From: Ignavibacteria bacterium UBA961
Lineage (GTDB): Bacteria > Bacteroidota > Ignavibacteria > Kapaibacteriales > UBA961
Direction of reading: 5' to 3'
DNA: 45,600 nt
Assembly (NCBI GenBank): GCA_002293005.1
Contig: DBCJ01000138.1
Location: 1 to 45,600 of the forward strand
Shown in pieces: positions 9,725 through 19,390 of the stretch. The translations under genes were made by a program, and so were the position numbers. Within the stretch, counting starts at the first letter, position 1, and every line of letters begins with the position of its first letter. The notes beneath the pieces are model-generated. The model was not told the origin of the DNA. It ran no database searches and saw nothing but the letters and a program-made list of their open reading frames with translations.

Positions 9725-10705
9725 ATGAAACTCGTCACTTTTCAGCCGGCTCCTAATGTGGAGCGTTTGGGATTTCTTTTGAATGATCTTGTATTTGACA
9801 TTGCATCCATGCGCGATGCAATATATTCCGATGATCAATTCACATTGCCATATTTACCTTCAGAAATTTTATCATTCTTGAAACTTGGTGCTCCTGCCAT
9901 GCATGATGCCAAAGTATTGAATGAAATAGCGCCATCAATGTTGGATATGGGAACACCTGTTTCTGAAGTGAAATTGATGTCACCCGTTCCAAGACCAACA
10001 TCCATGCGCGATGGATATGCATTCAGACAGCATGTTGAGGCGGCGCGTAGAAATCGTGGACTTGAGATGATTCCTGAATTTGATGAGATTCCGATTTTCT
10101 ATTTCACGAATCATCAGGCGGTATTTGGTCCGGGACCAATCACCGTACGCCCTATGCATTTGGAGCAATTGGATTTTGAACTTGAAGTTGCGATTGTCAT
10201 CGGCAAAGAGGGAAGTGATATTCCTGCATCTGAAGCAGACTCATATATCGCAGGTTTCATGGTGATGAATGACTGGAGTGCTCGCGCGATGCAAATGCAT
10301 GAAATGAAGCTGAATCTTGGTCCTGCAAAAGGAAAAGATTTTGCAACTACGCTTGGTCCATGGCTTGTGACTTTGGATGAACTCGCATCTAAGAAAATTG
10401 ATACACCGAATGGTGCGACTTATGATTTGGAGATGACTTGTACATTGAATGGTGAACGAGTATCACTCGGCAATGTGAAAGACATGTCTTGGACATTCGC
10501 TCAAATCATCGAGCGCGCAAGTTATGGTGTCACATTGCATCCAGGTGATGTGATTGGTTCCGGAACATGCGGTACAGGTTGCTTTTTGGAATTGAATGGT
10601 AGCAAAGTCTATAATCCACCATTGTGGGTGAAAGAGGGTGACACAGTTGTATGTTCTATTGATGCACTAGGCTCTTTGTCCAACTCAATCGAGGTACAAC
10701 GCTAA
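9725..10705 (+). CDS. fumarylacetoacetate hydrolase (FAH) family protein
   Basis: 326 aa. The C-terminal two-thirds resembles the FAH fold (the '[13 protein letters not shown]' region and '[10 protein letters not shown]'). Confidence 0.8.
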   Translation: MKLVTFQPAPNVERLGFLLNDLVFDIASMRDAIYSDDQFTLPYLPSEILSFLKLGAPAMHDAKVLNEIAPSMLDMGTPVSEVKLMSPVPRPTSMRDGYAFRQHVEAARRNRGLEMIPEFDEIPIFYFTNHQAVFGPGPITVRPMHLEQLDFELEVAIVIGKEGSDIPASEADSYIAGFMVMNDWSARAMQMHEMKLNLGPAKGKDFATTLGPWLVTLDELASKKIDTPNGATYDLEMTCTLNGERVSLGNVKDMSWTFAQIIERASYGVTLHPGDVIGSGTCGTGCFLELNGSKVYNPPLWVKEGDTVVCSIDALGSLSNSIEVQR

Positions 10706-11649
10706 TGCCTCGTATACTCATCACCGGTGGTGCCGGATTTCTTGGATCACATCTCTGCGAAAAATTCATTGAGAATGGATATCATGTCATTTGCATGGAC
10801 AATCTCATCACAGGATCACCAGAAAATATTGCTCATTTGATGGGTAATGAACGCTTTCGTTTCATTCATCATGATGTGACTGAATATATGTATGTCGATG
10901 GTGATTTGGATGCCATTCTGCATTTCGCATCACCTGCTTCGCCCGTTGATTATCTCCGTTATCCTATTCAAACATTGAAAGTAGGCTCGCTTGGAACGCA
11001 TAAAGCATTGGGTTTGGCAAAAGCCAAAAATGCCAGATTCCTGCTTGCAAGCACAAGCGAAGTCTATGGTGATCCACTCATTCATCCGCAGGAAGAATCC
11101 TATTGGGGAAATGTGAATCCAGTCGGCATTCGAGGTGTATATGATGAGGCAAAACGCTTCGCGGAAGCCATGACGATGGCATATCATCGATATCATGGTC
11201 TAGAAACGCGCATCATTCGGATTTTCAATACATATGGTCCGCGCATGCGCATCGAAGATGGCAGAGCGATTCCGGCTTTTATGTCACAAGCATTGCGTGG
11301 CGAAGACCTCACAGTCTTTGGTGATGGTTCTCAAACGCGCTCTGTATGCTATGTCGATGATTTGGTTGATGGTATTTATAGATTGCTTCTATCTGATGAA
11401 TCCAATCCCGTGAATATTGGTAATCCAGATGAAATCTCAATGCTGGATTTGGCAAAAGAGATTCTGGAAATCTCCGGTTCTGATTCCAAGATTGCATTCA
11501 AGGATTTACCACAGGATGATCCGAAGGTGCGCCAACCCGATATCACGAGAGCGCGCGCAATTTTGAATTGGGAACCACATGTACAGCGCCGTGAAGGATT
11601 ACTCAAAACATTGGAATATTTCGAACAAGCTCTCGGGAAAAAATCATGA
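10705..11649 (+). CDS. UDP-glucuronate decarboxylase (UDP-xylose synthase), SDR family
   Basis: Rossmann motif '[12 protein letters not shown]' and catalytic YxxxK in 'YDEAKR'. Overall similarity to UXS-type short epimerase/dehydratases. Overlaps the FAH stop by 1 nt. Confidence 0.8.
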   Translation: MPRILITGGAGFLGSHLCEKFIENGYHVICMDNLITGSPENIAHLMGNERFRFIHHDVTEYMYVDGDLDAILHFASPASPVDYLRYPIQTLKVGSLGTHKALGLAKAKNARFLLASTSEVYGDPLIHPQEESYWGNVNPVGIRGVYDEAKRFAEAMTMAYHRYHGLETRIIRIFNTYGPRMRIEDGRAIPAFMSQALRGEDLTVFGDGSQTRSVCYVDDLVDGIYRLLLSDESNPVNIGNPDEISMLDLAKEILEISGSDSKIAFKDLPQDDPKVRQPDITRARAILNWEPHVQRREGLLKTLEYFEQALGKKS

Positions 11650-11882
11650 ATCAAGACTTGATTGTTCGTGTTCAAGAAGTGATCGATGCTGAAATCAAAC
11701 CAATGATTGAAAGAGATGGCGGAAGCATAGAACTTGTTTCAATAGATGAAACTGGCATCGTGAAAGTGCGACTCAGTGGTGCATGTTCCAAATGCAGTGC
11801 TTCTTCTATCACATTGCATGGTGGTATTGAGCGCATTTTGCGCAAACGATTCCCTGAAATTCAGTCAGCCGCGCTTGCCTGA
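11646..11882 (+). CDS. NifU C-terminal-domain (Nfu-type) Fe-S assembly protein
   Basis: 78 aa with a CxxC in '[15 protein letters not shown]'. ATGA overlap with the upstream gene. Confidence 0.8.
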   Translation: MNQDLIVRVQEVIDAEIKPMIERDGGSIELVSIDETGIVKVRLSGACSKCSASSITLHGGIERILRKRFPEIQSAALA

Positions 11883-12577
11883 TGGATGAAGAACCATTTA
11901 GCATTCTTTATCGTGATGAAGATTGCATTGCCATAGCCAAAAGACCCGGCATACATGTTCATCATTCGACGCTCTCTCCACATGAAATTTCATGCATGCC
12001 CATTTTGCGTGACCAAATCGGTACTTATGTCTATCCCATTCATCGCATAGATCGTGCTACAAGTGGCATCGTTCTTTTTGCGCTCAGTCCTGAAGCACTA
12101 ACTTCATTCAATCAAATGATGTGGTCGGGTGGAATGAAAAAAAAGTATCATGCCATCATTCGAGGTTGGATGGATGATGTGATTTGTGATTCCCCAATTG
12201 CGATAGATGAAAAAGTTCATGAAGCGGAAACGCATTTCCGAAGCATCAAAAGATCAGAAATGGAATATCCATCGCAGCAATTTTCTACCACTCGGATTTC
12301 ACTTGTCGAAGCGGAATTAAAAACGGGGAGAAGACATCAAATTCGAAAGCATTGCGCGCATCTCAGACATCCCATCGCGGGAGATGTTCGCTATGGAGAT
12401 GGTAAATTCAATATGCTCTTGCGTACGCATCATGATATACATAGACTCATGCTCTTTGCTACATCACTTCAATTCATACACCCAATCACGCAAAAAGAAA
12501 TCGCAATCAAGTATGATCCTCGGCAAGAAGATGCTGCACTCGATTCATTCTGCGACTATCATGGCTTCAGATTTTAA
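11882..12577 (+). CDS. truC: RluA-family pseudouridine synthase (TruC-like)
   Basis: Catalytic-Asp motif 'HRIDRATSGIVLFA' and 'TGRRHQIRKH'. There is no S4 domain and the ~230-aa size fits TruC. Confidence 0.7.
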   Translation: MDEEPFSILYRDEDCIAIAKRPGIHVHHSTLSPHEISCMPILRDQIGTYVYPIHRIDRATSGIVLFALSPEALTSFNQMMWSGGMKKKYHAIIRGWMDDVICDSPIAIDEKVHEAETHFRSIKRSEMEYPSQQFSTTRISLVEAELKTGRRHQIRKHCAHLRHPIAGDVRYGDGKFNMLLRTHHDIHRLMLFATSLQFIHPITQKEIAIKYDPRQEDAALDSFCDYHGFRF

Positions 12578-12581
12578 TTGA

Positions 12582-13565
12582 TTATTGTTTCTCAATCAGC
12601 TTACCTGTCTTGAAAAAGTCTGACCATTCTTGAATCAATTTCTTGGATAATTTCTTTTCTTTCACTGCCCTGAAATTCCCATAGATGGTTTCTTTACCCT
12701 TGATTATATGCCATAATTGAGATTCAGGTTTTTTGTGATTTGTGGTTTTTGGGGCTTCCATCACGACAATCATCCATGGACTTTGACCCTTCTCATTTTG
12801 CTCTATGATGCGCATGGTAGCTTTTGGCGCGCGAGTACGAAATTCATCTCGGACATTGAGAATGAAATCATTCAGTGTTGTGCCTTGGTCAAATCCTCGA
12901 ACCGTCAACATAGCACCGTATTCTGTCCATGCATCGGGATTCTCATTATTCTTCAAATATTCAATCAAACGAAATGTTGAATCTTGGGAAGAAGCTTGCA
13001 TATTCCATCCTTGTTCAGCCGGCCATTTGAGAACATATCCTTCGGTTGAATCCCAAGAATTCCCGCAATGCTTCTGGTATAAATCCGATCCTTCTTTGTC
13101 TCCCATTTGCATGGCATGAAGAAAATCCGTGCATCCTGAAACAGTATATCCAAGATATGAGAGAATTTGTCCTCTCATGGTGCGATTCGGCGGATAATCA
13201 GGATTGATCTGAATTGCTTTGTCAAGATGTGGTAAAGCGCCTGCATGATTGTTTTCGGAAAGATATGTGATGGCTACCGAATAATATAAATCAAGATTCA
13301 TGGGATCTCTTTCGAGATATTTCAAGTAATCTGCTCTCGCATCTTGCTGATTTCCCAGTGACATATGACATGTGCCCCTTCCCACATATGCTTCAACTTG
13401 ATTGGTGTCCAATTCCAATGCTTTTGTATAATCTTCAATTGCTCCTTTGAGATCCTGCATGGCATGTTTCATGGTTGCTGATGAAATATGCTCCTTCACG
13501 GTTTTTTGTGCGTGAATAAAAGTTGTGCTGGCAATGAACAAAAGAAGAGAGATGATCGTTTTCAT
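12582..13565 (-). CDS. exported TPR-repeat protein with an uncharacterised C-terminal domain
   Basis: Signal peptide 'MKTIISLLLFIASTTFIHAQ'. TPR-like repeats follow ('AIEDYTKALELDTNQVEAYVGRGTCHMSLGNQQDA...'). I do not recognise the last ~160 aa. Confidence 0.6.
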   Translation of the reverse strand: MKTIISLLLFIASTTFIHAQKTVKEHISSATMKHAMQDLKGAIEDYTKALELDTNQVEAYVGRGTCHMSLGNQQDARADYLKYLERDPMNLDLYYSVAITYLSENNHAGALPHLDKAIQINPDYPPNRTMRGQILSYLGYTVSGCTDFLHAMQMGDKEGSDLYQKHCGNSWDSTEGYVLKWPAEQGWNMQASSQDSTFRLIEYLKNNENPDAWTEYGAMLTVRGFDQGTTLNDFILNVRDEFRTRAPKATMRIIEQNEKGQSPWMIVVMEAPKTTNHKKPESQLWHIIKGKETIYGNFRAVKEKKLSKKLIQEWSDFFKTGKLIEKQ

Positions 13566-13623
13566 ATTACATTTCCAAATAAGGATGGCAAATTACTAAG
13601 GTTGTTGGAAATGATGAACAAAG

Positions 13624-13631
13624 TATATTTG
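13624..13631 (+). promoter_or_regulatory. possible Bacteroidota-type -7 element (TATATTTG) upstream of pdxB
   Basis: Matches TAnnTTTG, 23 nt upstream of the GTG start. The upstream -33 position has only GTTG. Confidence 0.3.
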
Positions 13632-13654
13632 TAAGCACTTCTCAATGGCCTGCC

Positions 13655-14713
13655 GTGATTCTTTATGATGCACATATTCCTCTTGCTCAATACTCCGGTA
13701 TCATTACCGAAGAGTTGATGCCTTTGGATGGTAGAAAAATCACGAAGAAAGTATTGCTTGAAACAGGCGCGCGTGCATTGTTTGTACGCTCGGTGACCCC
13801 AATCAATGATGATTTGATCTCAGGAACTTCCATTCGATTTGTGGGAACGACCACTGCCGGATATGAACATGTGGATATTCAATCACTTCGAAAAAAGGGA
13901 ATTGGTTTTGCTTATGCTCCGGGTTCGAATGCGATGCCAGTCGTGGAATATGTATTCTTTGCATTGCATGAATGGATTAATTCACAAAATCAATCCTTGA
14001 AAGGAAAAACAATCGGTATCATCGGCATGGGTGAGATTGGAAAACGAATTGCAAAAATGTGTAAAAAAATGGGAATGCATGTTCTTGCCTCAGATCCCCC
14101 GCTAGAAATATATGGAATGATGAAATCGGAAGATTATGAATTGACTTCGCTGAAAGAATTATGTCGAGAAAGCGATTGCATCACGATTCATTCTGCTTTG
14201 ACTCATTCCGGATTATTTCCATCAATGAATTTGCTTCAGGATATACATTTTTCAATGATGAAGCCGGGAGCGCTTTTGATTCAAGCATCCAGAGGTGGAA
14301 TTGTGAATGAGAGAGCATTGCTGAATGCATTGAATACCAATGATCTTCATCTTGCGATTGATGTTTGGGATGGTGAACCACGGTGGAATGCACAGATTGC
14401 CAATCATCCTCGAGCCTTCATGACAACACCGCATATAGCCGGATATACAAGTTCGGCTCGAAAAAGGGGAATTGAAATGATTGTGAAACAGTATTGCGAA
14501 TTCTATGGTATGGAATGTCAAATTCAACATTCAGATACTGAGGGAATATCATATCAAAATCCCAATGCTATATCATTGCTTCGCGAAAGACGCTTCGCGA
14601 AGGATAAGATGGAATGGTTGAAAGGAAAAGAAATTGATGCTCAAATGTTTGATGAGGGGAGAAGGCAATTCATGCATGATCAAGAAACTTTTGCAGAAAT
14701 ATCACTTTCTTGA
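13655..14713 (+). CDS. pdxB: 4-phosphoerythronate dehydrogenase
   Basis: GTG start. The N-terminus aligns with my memory of E. coli PdxB ('ILYDAHIP...ALFVRSVTPINDDLISGTSIRFVGTTTAGYEHVD'). NAD-binding site 'GIIGMGEIGKR'. Confidence 0.75.
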   Translation: MILYDAHIPLAQYSGIITEELMPLDGRKITKKVLLETGARALFVRSVTPINDDLISGTSIRFVGTTTAGYEHVDIQSLRKKGIGFAYAPGSNAMPVVEYVFFALHEWINSQNQSLKGKTIGIIGMGEIGKRIAKMCKKMGMHVLASDPPLEIYGMMKSEDYELTSLKELCRESDCITIHSALTHSGLFPSMNLLQDIHFSMMKPGALLIQASRGGIVNERALLNALNTNDLHLAIDVWDGEPRWNAQIANHPRAFMTTPHIAGYTSSARKRGIEMIVKQYCEFYGMECQIQHSDTEGISYQNPNAISLLRERRFAKDKMEWLKGKEIDAQMFDEGRRQFMHDQETFAEISLS

Positions 14714-15712
14714 TGTCAATTGCATTCCAAGAAAATCCATTGCCGATAATCCCATCACTTTCTCTTTGATTTCATTTGAAATGTCCATTGATTCTATGAA
14801 TGCGCCATGTTCAAGATCCCCCAAAGGAAATGGATAGTCGGTGCCATAACAAATGCGTTCAGCTCCAATAATGTCAAGCAAAAACTTGAATGAAGGCTCA
14901 TCATGCGTAATGCCATCCACCCAAAATGCTCCCGCATATTCTCTGGGATCTTTGATTGTGTGTACATCGCAAAGATCGGGTCTGGCATGCCAACCATGAG
15001 AAATTCTTCCCATCGTGAATGGAAATGAACCGCCTGCATGAGCGAAAAGCACGCGCAATTTTGGAAACTTGTCAAAAACACCGCCAAAAATCATTGAAGT
15101 GATTGCTAGCGTTGTTTCAGCAGGCATGCCTACAAGCCATTCCTGAAAATATCTTTTCATGCGATCTGCTCCGGCCATTTCCCAAGGATGAACCATGATG
15201 CAGACTCCCATTTCTTCAGCGGCTGCCCAAAATGGATGAAGCGCAGGATCATCGAGATTCATTCCATTAATATTTGAACCGATTTGCAAGCCGGGCATAT
15301 TGAGTGTATTCTTGACATAGTCCATTTCTTTGATTGCAAGATCAATGTCCTGCATCGGGGCAGTGCCGAGTCCAATGAAACGCGGAAAATCAGTGCATAC
15401 TTGTGCGAGATGATCATTCAGAAATCTTGACCAATCGGCACCATGTTCCGGTTTTGCCCAATAATTGAATAAGACAGGAACCGTGCATAATGTCATATAG
15501 TCCACGGAATGTTTATCCATGTCTTGCAATATTACTTCCGGATTCCAACAATTTTCCTGAATCTCGCGAAAGAAAAATCCATCATCGCGCATCATTTTGG
15601 CGGATCCTTCGCGAAAATGATCAAGCTCTATGAATCCTCCATATCCATAACGCTCTTTGAGCGATGGCCAAGTCTTGGGAAGAATATGTGCATGTATATC
15701 AAGCTTGATCAT
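14702..15712 (-). CDS. amidohydrolase-2 family protein (ACMSD-like decarboxylase/hydratase)
   Basis: N-terminal metal motif 'LDIHAHILP'. The 336-aa size and 'FAHAGGSFPF' are typical of the ACMSD/amidohydrolase_2 family. Confidence 0.75.
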   Translation of the reverse strand: MIKLDIHAHILPKTWPSLKERYGYGGFIELDHFREGSAKMMRDDGFFFREIQENCWNPEVILQDMDKHSVDYMTLCTVPVLFNYWAKPEHGADWSRFLNDHLAQVCTDFPRFIGLGTAPMQDIDLAIKEMDYVKNTLNMPGLQIGSNINGMNLDDPALHPFWAAAEEMGVCIMVHPWEMAGADRMKRYFQEWLVGMPAETTLAITSMIFGGVFDKFPKLRVLFAHAGGSFPFTMGRISHGWHARPDLCDVHTIKDPREYAGAFWVDGITHDEPSFKFLLDIIGAERICYGTDYPFPLGDLEHGAFIESMDISNEIKEKVMGLSAMDFLGMQLTSRK

Positions 15713-15727
15713 GAGTGTATTCCGTGA

Positions 15728-17500
15728 TCATTGAAAAGTGCGAGTACCGGGAATAGATTCAATCAATCGGCGCGTATAATCATTCTTGGGTGATTCATAG
15801 ATTTCCTGAGCCGTACCCAATTCTATGATTTTTCCCGCATTCATCACGGCGATGCGATCACTGATGAATTTCACGACACTTAAATCATGGGAAATGAAGA
15901 TATAAGTCAATTTGAATTCCTCGCGCAATTTCACGAGCAGATTCAATACTTGTGCTTGAACTGATACATCCAATGCGGAAACAGATTCATCACAAATCAA
16001 AAAGGATGGTTTGAGTGCAAGTGCTCTCGCGATGCAGATTCTTTGTCTTTGTCCACCCGAAAATTCATGCGGATAATTTCCATAATGATGCGGTTCGAGA
16101 TTCACTTTGTCCAAGAGATAATGAATGTATTCTCTGCGCTGTGCATCATTGTCCATCACATTGTGGACTTTCAATACTTCCATGATGGCACTTCCGACAC
16201 TCAAGCGAGGATTGAGAGAACTATATGGATCTTGGAAGATGATTTGAAAATCTTTGCGAAGCGTCTTGAGCGCGCCTTTTGATAATCCACGGATATCTTT
16301 TCCGGCAAATTCAATATCTCCTCCCGTGGGTTCAACCAAACGTAAAATAGCTCTGCCTGTCGTTGTTTTTCCGCAACCGGATTCGCCCACCAGACCAAGC
16401 GTTTCACCGGGATAGACATCAAAGGAAATATCATCAACTGCTTTGACCACGCCTTTGGACTGACCAAATACATTGCCAGATCGAATCGGAAAATGCACTT
16501 CGAGATTCTTCACGGAAAGAATGGGTTTTTGCGCGCTGAGTTCTGCATTGCGCTGATTGATTTCTTCGCGAGAAATCACATTGCTTTCAATCACATCATT
16601 GATTGTTGCTCCGGCGAGCTCTTTTGGAGTAATGATGCCATCTGCGGTTTCATCCATGAAATCTCGAACAGTTGGGAGGATATGAAGTTTTTTATCCATG
16701 CGTGGTCGACAAGCCAATAGACCCTTCGTATATGGATGCTGAGGATTGTCAAAGATTTCACTGACGCTTCCTTGTTCGACGATTTTGCCTTTATACATCA
16801 CGATGATATCGTCAGCTATGTCTTTGATCACACCCAAATCATGAGTGATGAACATCATGCCCATATTATGCTTCTTTTGGAGATCATGCATGAGGTCCAA
16901 AATTGTTGACTGTACCGTCACATCCAATGCAGTTGTAGGTTCATCGGCAATGAGCAAAGCGGGATTGCATGACATTGCCATTGCAATCATGACGCGTTGC
17001 TTTTGTCCACCCGAAAGTTGATGCGGATATTGATTCATCATGTCTTCGGGTCTCGGCAATTGCACTTCTTTCATCAATTGCAAGGCTCTTTCCCTTGCTT
17101 GATCTCTACCAATGCCTTCATGCAATATGATTGATTCCATGATTTGATCGCCGCATTTGAATACGGGATTCAATGATGTCATGGGTTCTTGGAAAATCAT
17201 TGAAATACGATTCCCGCGATACTTTCGCATGCGTTCTTCGGGAAGCGCGAGTAAATCGGTTATGGATCCATCATCTTCATGAAAATGAATGGAGCCACTT
17301 GCAATTCTTCCGGGAGGATTGGGGATGAGTCGCATGACAGAGAGGGAAGTCACGCTTTTTCCGGAACCCGATTCACCGACTATACCGAGAGTTTTTCCAC
17401 GATTGACAGTAAAACTGATGGAACGAACCGCTTGATGCACGCGATCTTCGCTACGGAATTCGGTGATCAAATCCTTGACTTCCAAAAGAGTTGTATTCAT
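15728..17500 (-). CDS. ABC ATP-binding protein with duplicated NBDs (DppD/DppF-like fusion)
   Basis: Two Walker A motifs ('GESGSGKS', 'GESGCGKT') and two signature motifs ('LSGGQKQR', 'FSGGQRQR'). No TM segments. Confidence 0.85.
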   Translation of the reverse strand: MNTTLLEVKDLITEFRSEDRVHQAVRSISFTVNRGKTLGIVGESGSGKSVTSLSVMRLIPNPPGRIASGSIHFHEDDGSITDLLALPEERMRKYRGNRISMIFQEPMTSLNPVFKCGDQIMESIILHEGIGRDQARERALQLMKEVQLPRPEDMMNQYPHQLSGGQKQRVMIAMAMSCNPALLIADEPTTALDVTVQSTILDLMHDLQKKHNMGMMFITHDLGVIKDIADDIIVMYKGKIVEQGSVSEIFDNPQHPYTKGLLACRPRMDKKLHILPTVRDFMDETADGIITPKELAGATINDVIESNVISREEINQRNAELSAQKPILSVKNLEVHFPIRSGNVFGQSKGVVKAVDDISFDVYPGETLGLVGESGCGKTTTGRAILRLVEPTGGDIEFAGKDIRGLSKGALKTLRKDFQIIFQDPYSSLNPRLSVGSAIMEVLKVHNVMDNDAQRREYIHYLLDKVNLEPHHYGNYPHEFSGGQRQRICIARALALKPSFLICDESVSALDVSVQAQVLNLLVKLREEFKLTYIFISHDLSVVKFISDRIAVMNAGKIIELGTAQEIYESPKNDYTRRLIESIPGTRTFQ

Positions 17501-17624
17501 ATTGCAATTCGATTGATGAAAATGTTGCCCAAAATACGACTTTTTTCGGGGTGCTGAACAGTTGAAAAAAGAGAGGTGAATTCTCTAATTTGCAGGTGAT
17601 TTTTTACACAATCGGACTTATGTC

Positions 17625-18005
17625 ATGAAAGAACATGTTTTTACAGATAAAGCACCTGCACCGATCGGACCGTATTCACAAGGCGTGAAAGTTGGCTCCA
17701 TGTATTTTTTCTCAGGTGTCATTCCATTGTCAGCTGATGGACAATCCATCATCGGAGCGGAAATCGTCGAGCAAACTCAACAAGTGATTGCAAATTGCAC
17801 GGCACTTTTAACCGCATGTGGACTCAATGCGTCAAATGTGGTGAAAACAACCGTATTCTTGAAAAACATGAATGATTTTTCTGCCATGAATGCTGTCTAT
17901 GCTGAGTTTTTTGGCGATTCAAAACCGGCAAGAAGCACCGTTGAAGTGAGTCGACTCCCTAAAGATGTTCTCGTGGAGATCGAAATGATTGCATCGCAAT
18001 CGTAA
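17625..18005 (+). CDS. ridA: RidA/YjgF family reactive-intermediate deaminase
   Basis: 126 aa. 'APAPIGPYSQGV', 'VVKTTVFLKNMNDFSAMNAVYAEFF' and 'PARSTVEVSRLPKDVLVEIE' are classic YjgF-family segments. Confidence 0.85.
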   Translation: MKEHVFTDKAPAPIGPYSQGVKVGSMYFFSGVIPLSADGQSIIGAEIVEQTQQVIANCTALLTACGLNASNVVKTTVFLKNMNDFSAMNAVYAEFFGDSKPARSTVEVSRLPKDVLVEIEMIASQS

Positions 18006-18007
18006 AC

Positions 18008-19390
18008 TCACACCTGATATCTCGCGCCTTGTCGCGGCAAAATGATTCTGATATCGCCGTCAAAATAATCCAATGTTTCGGCGGCGATTTGTTCCACGGC
18101 TTCTGTTTCGCCATGAATCAATACTAGAGTCTTGGGCCGAATATCTCTGATCAATCCTATTACATCCGCCTTTCTTGCATGCGCGCTCATGCGAACTTTT
18201 TTCACGGCACATGATCTCTCAATGCGATGTCCGGCAAATATGAATGGAACTTTTGCTGTAGAATTGCTAAGCGCAAATCCGGGTGAATCAGGTTCTTGCC
18301 AACCATTGAATAATATTCCATAATTGGGTTTTTGCATCCATTGCAATGCGAGCTTATAACTCGTTGTCTTTGTATGCATCATTCCGCTTGATGCAATCAC
18401 AATGGATGGTGTTCCAAAAAATGGGGCCTTACTCAATGATTCATATGGAATGGGATTCTGAGGAATATCAGACAATTCAAAACCCGGTTCTAATCGAGGG
18501 GAAGTATAGCAATAGCGATCGAGCAATCGAGAAATCTTGGCACTCATCCCACCCGTGAATATCGGTAGATTTGGAATCATCCCTTTTCTCTGCATCTGAT
18601 GGAGCATGATGAGTGTTTCCTGCGTTTTTCCGAGCGCAAAACACGGTATCAAAATACTTCCATTTGCATTGGAGATTTCATTGATGAATTGCGCACATTC
18701 TTTCATGATGGATTCTTTCGTGGGATGGGATTCCTCAGCTCCATTGGTGGTTTCGCAAAACAGTATATCAACATGATGTTTTGGAAATCGTGCTTTTGGG
18801 ATTAGCCACTGATCTTGCAAGCACATATCCCCTGTGTGAAATATCGAATGACCATTCCATTCAAGCATGATGCCCGCCGATCCCGGAATATGTCCTGCAT
18901 CATGAAAAGTACATAGGATTTCAGATATACCTCTTTTACCCAGAATCTCGAATGACTCATTATAGAGATGCGTTTCAAACACGGTTGAAATATATTCTAT
19001 GATGTCTTTGTCATAAAGCGAAATCGCATCTTGCATTTCTTTGGAATACTCGATTTGCTCATTGATGAGTGATACCGTATTCTTGAGCATGATAGAAGAA
19101 ATATCACGCGTCAGTGGAGTTGTATGCATTGAAAGGTAAGGATGCTTTTTGAGGAGATATGGCATGCCTCCGATATGATCTGTGTGCGCATGTGTGATCA
19201 GCAATGCATCAAGTTCTTCATGCTCAAGGGCATCTAGATTTGGAAATGCCCTCAGATCGCGATGCTTGGGATGGAGTCCTGCATCAATCACGATGCCTGT
19301 TCCACCGATGGAAAGATGTATGCAATTCGCGCCGATTTCTTCGGCACCACCAAGCACTTTGAATTGAATGTCTGAACTCACTCCATCCAT
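18008..19390 (-). CDS. MBL-fold beta-CASP family hydrolase (RNase-like)
   Basis: Motif 'ITHAHTDHIGG'. The 460-aa length and the C-terminal 'VLIHGE' region are typical of beta-CASP nucleases. Confidence 0.75.
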   Translation of the reverse strand: MDGVSSDIQFKVLGGAEEIGANCIHLSIGGTGIVIDAGLHPKHRDLRAFPNLDALEHEELDALLITHAHTDHIGGMPYLLKKHPYLSMHTTPLTRDISSIMLKNTVSLINEQIEYSKEMQDAISLYDKDIIEYISTVFETHLYNESFEILGKRGISEILCTFHDAGHIPGSAGIMLEWNGHSIFHTGDMCLQDQWLIPKARFPKHHVDILFCETTNGAEESHPTKESIMKECAQFINEISNANGSILIPCFALGKTQETLIMLHQMQRKGMIPNLPIFTGGMSAKISRLLDRYCYTSPRLEPGFELSDIPQNPIPYESLSKAPFFGTPSIVIASSGMMHTKTTSYKLALQWMQKPNYGILFNGWQEPDSPGFALSNSTAKVPFIFAGHRIERSCAVKKVRMSAHARKADVIGLIRDIRPKTLVLIHGETEAVEQIAAETLDYFDGDIRIILPRQGARYQV

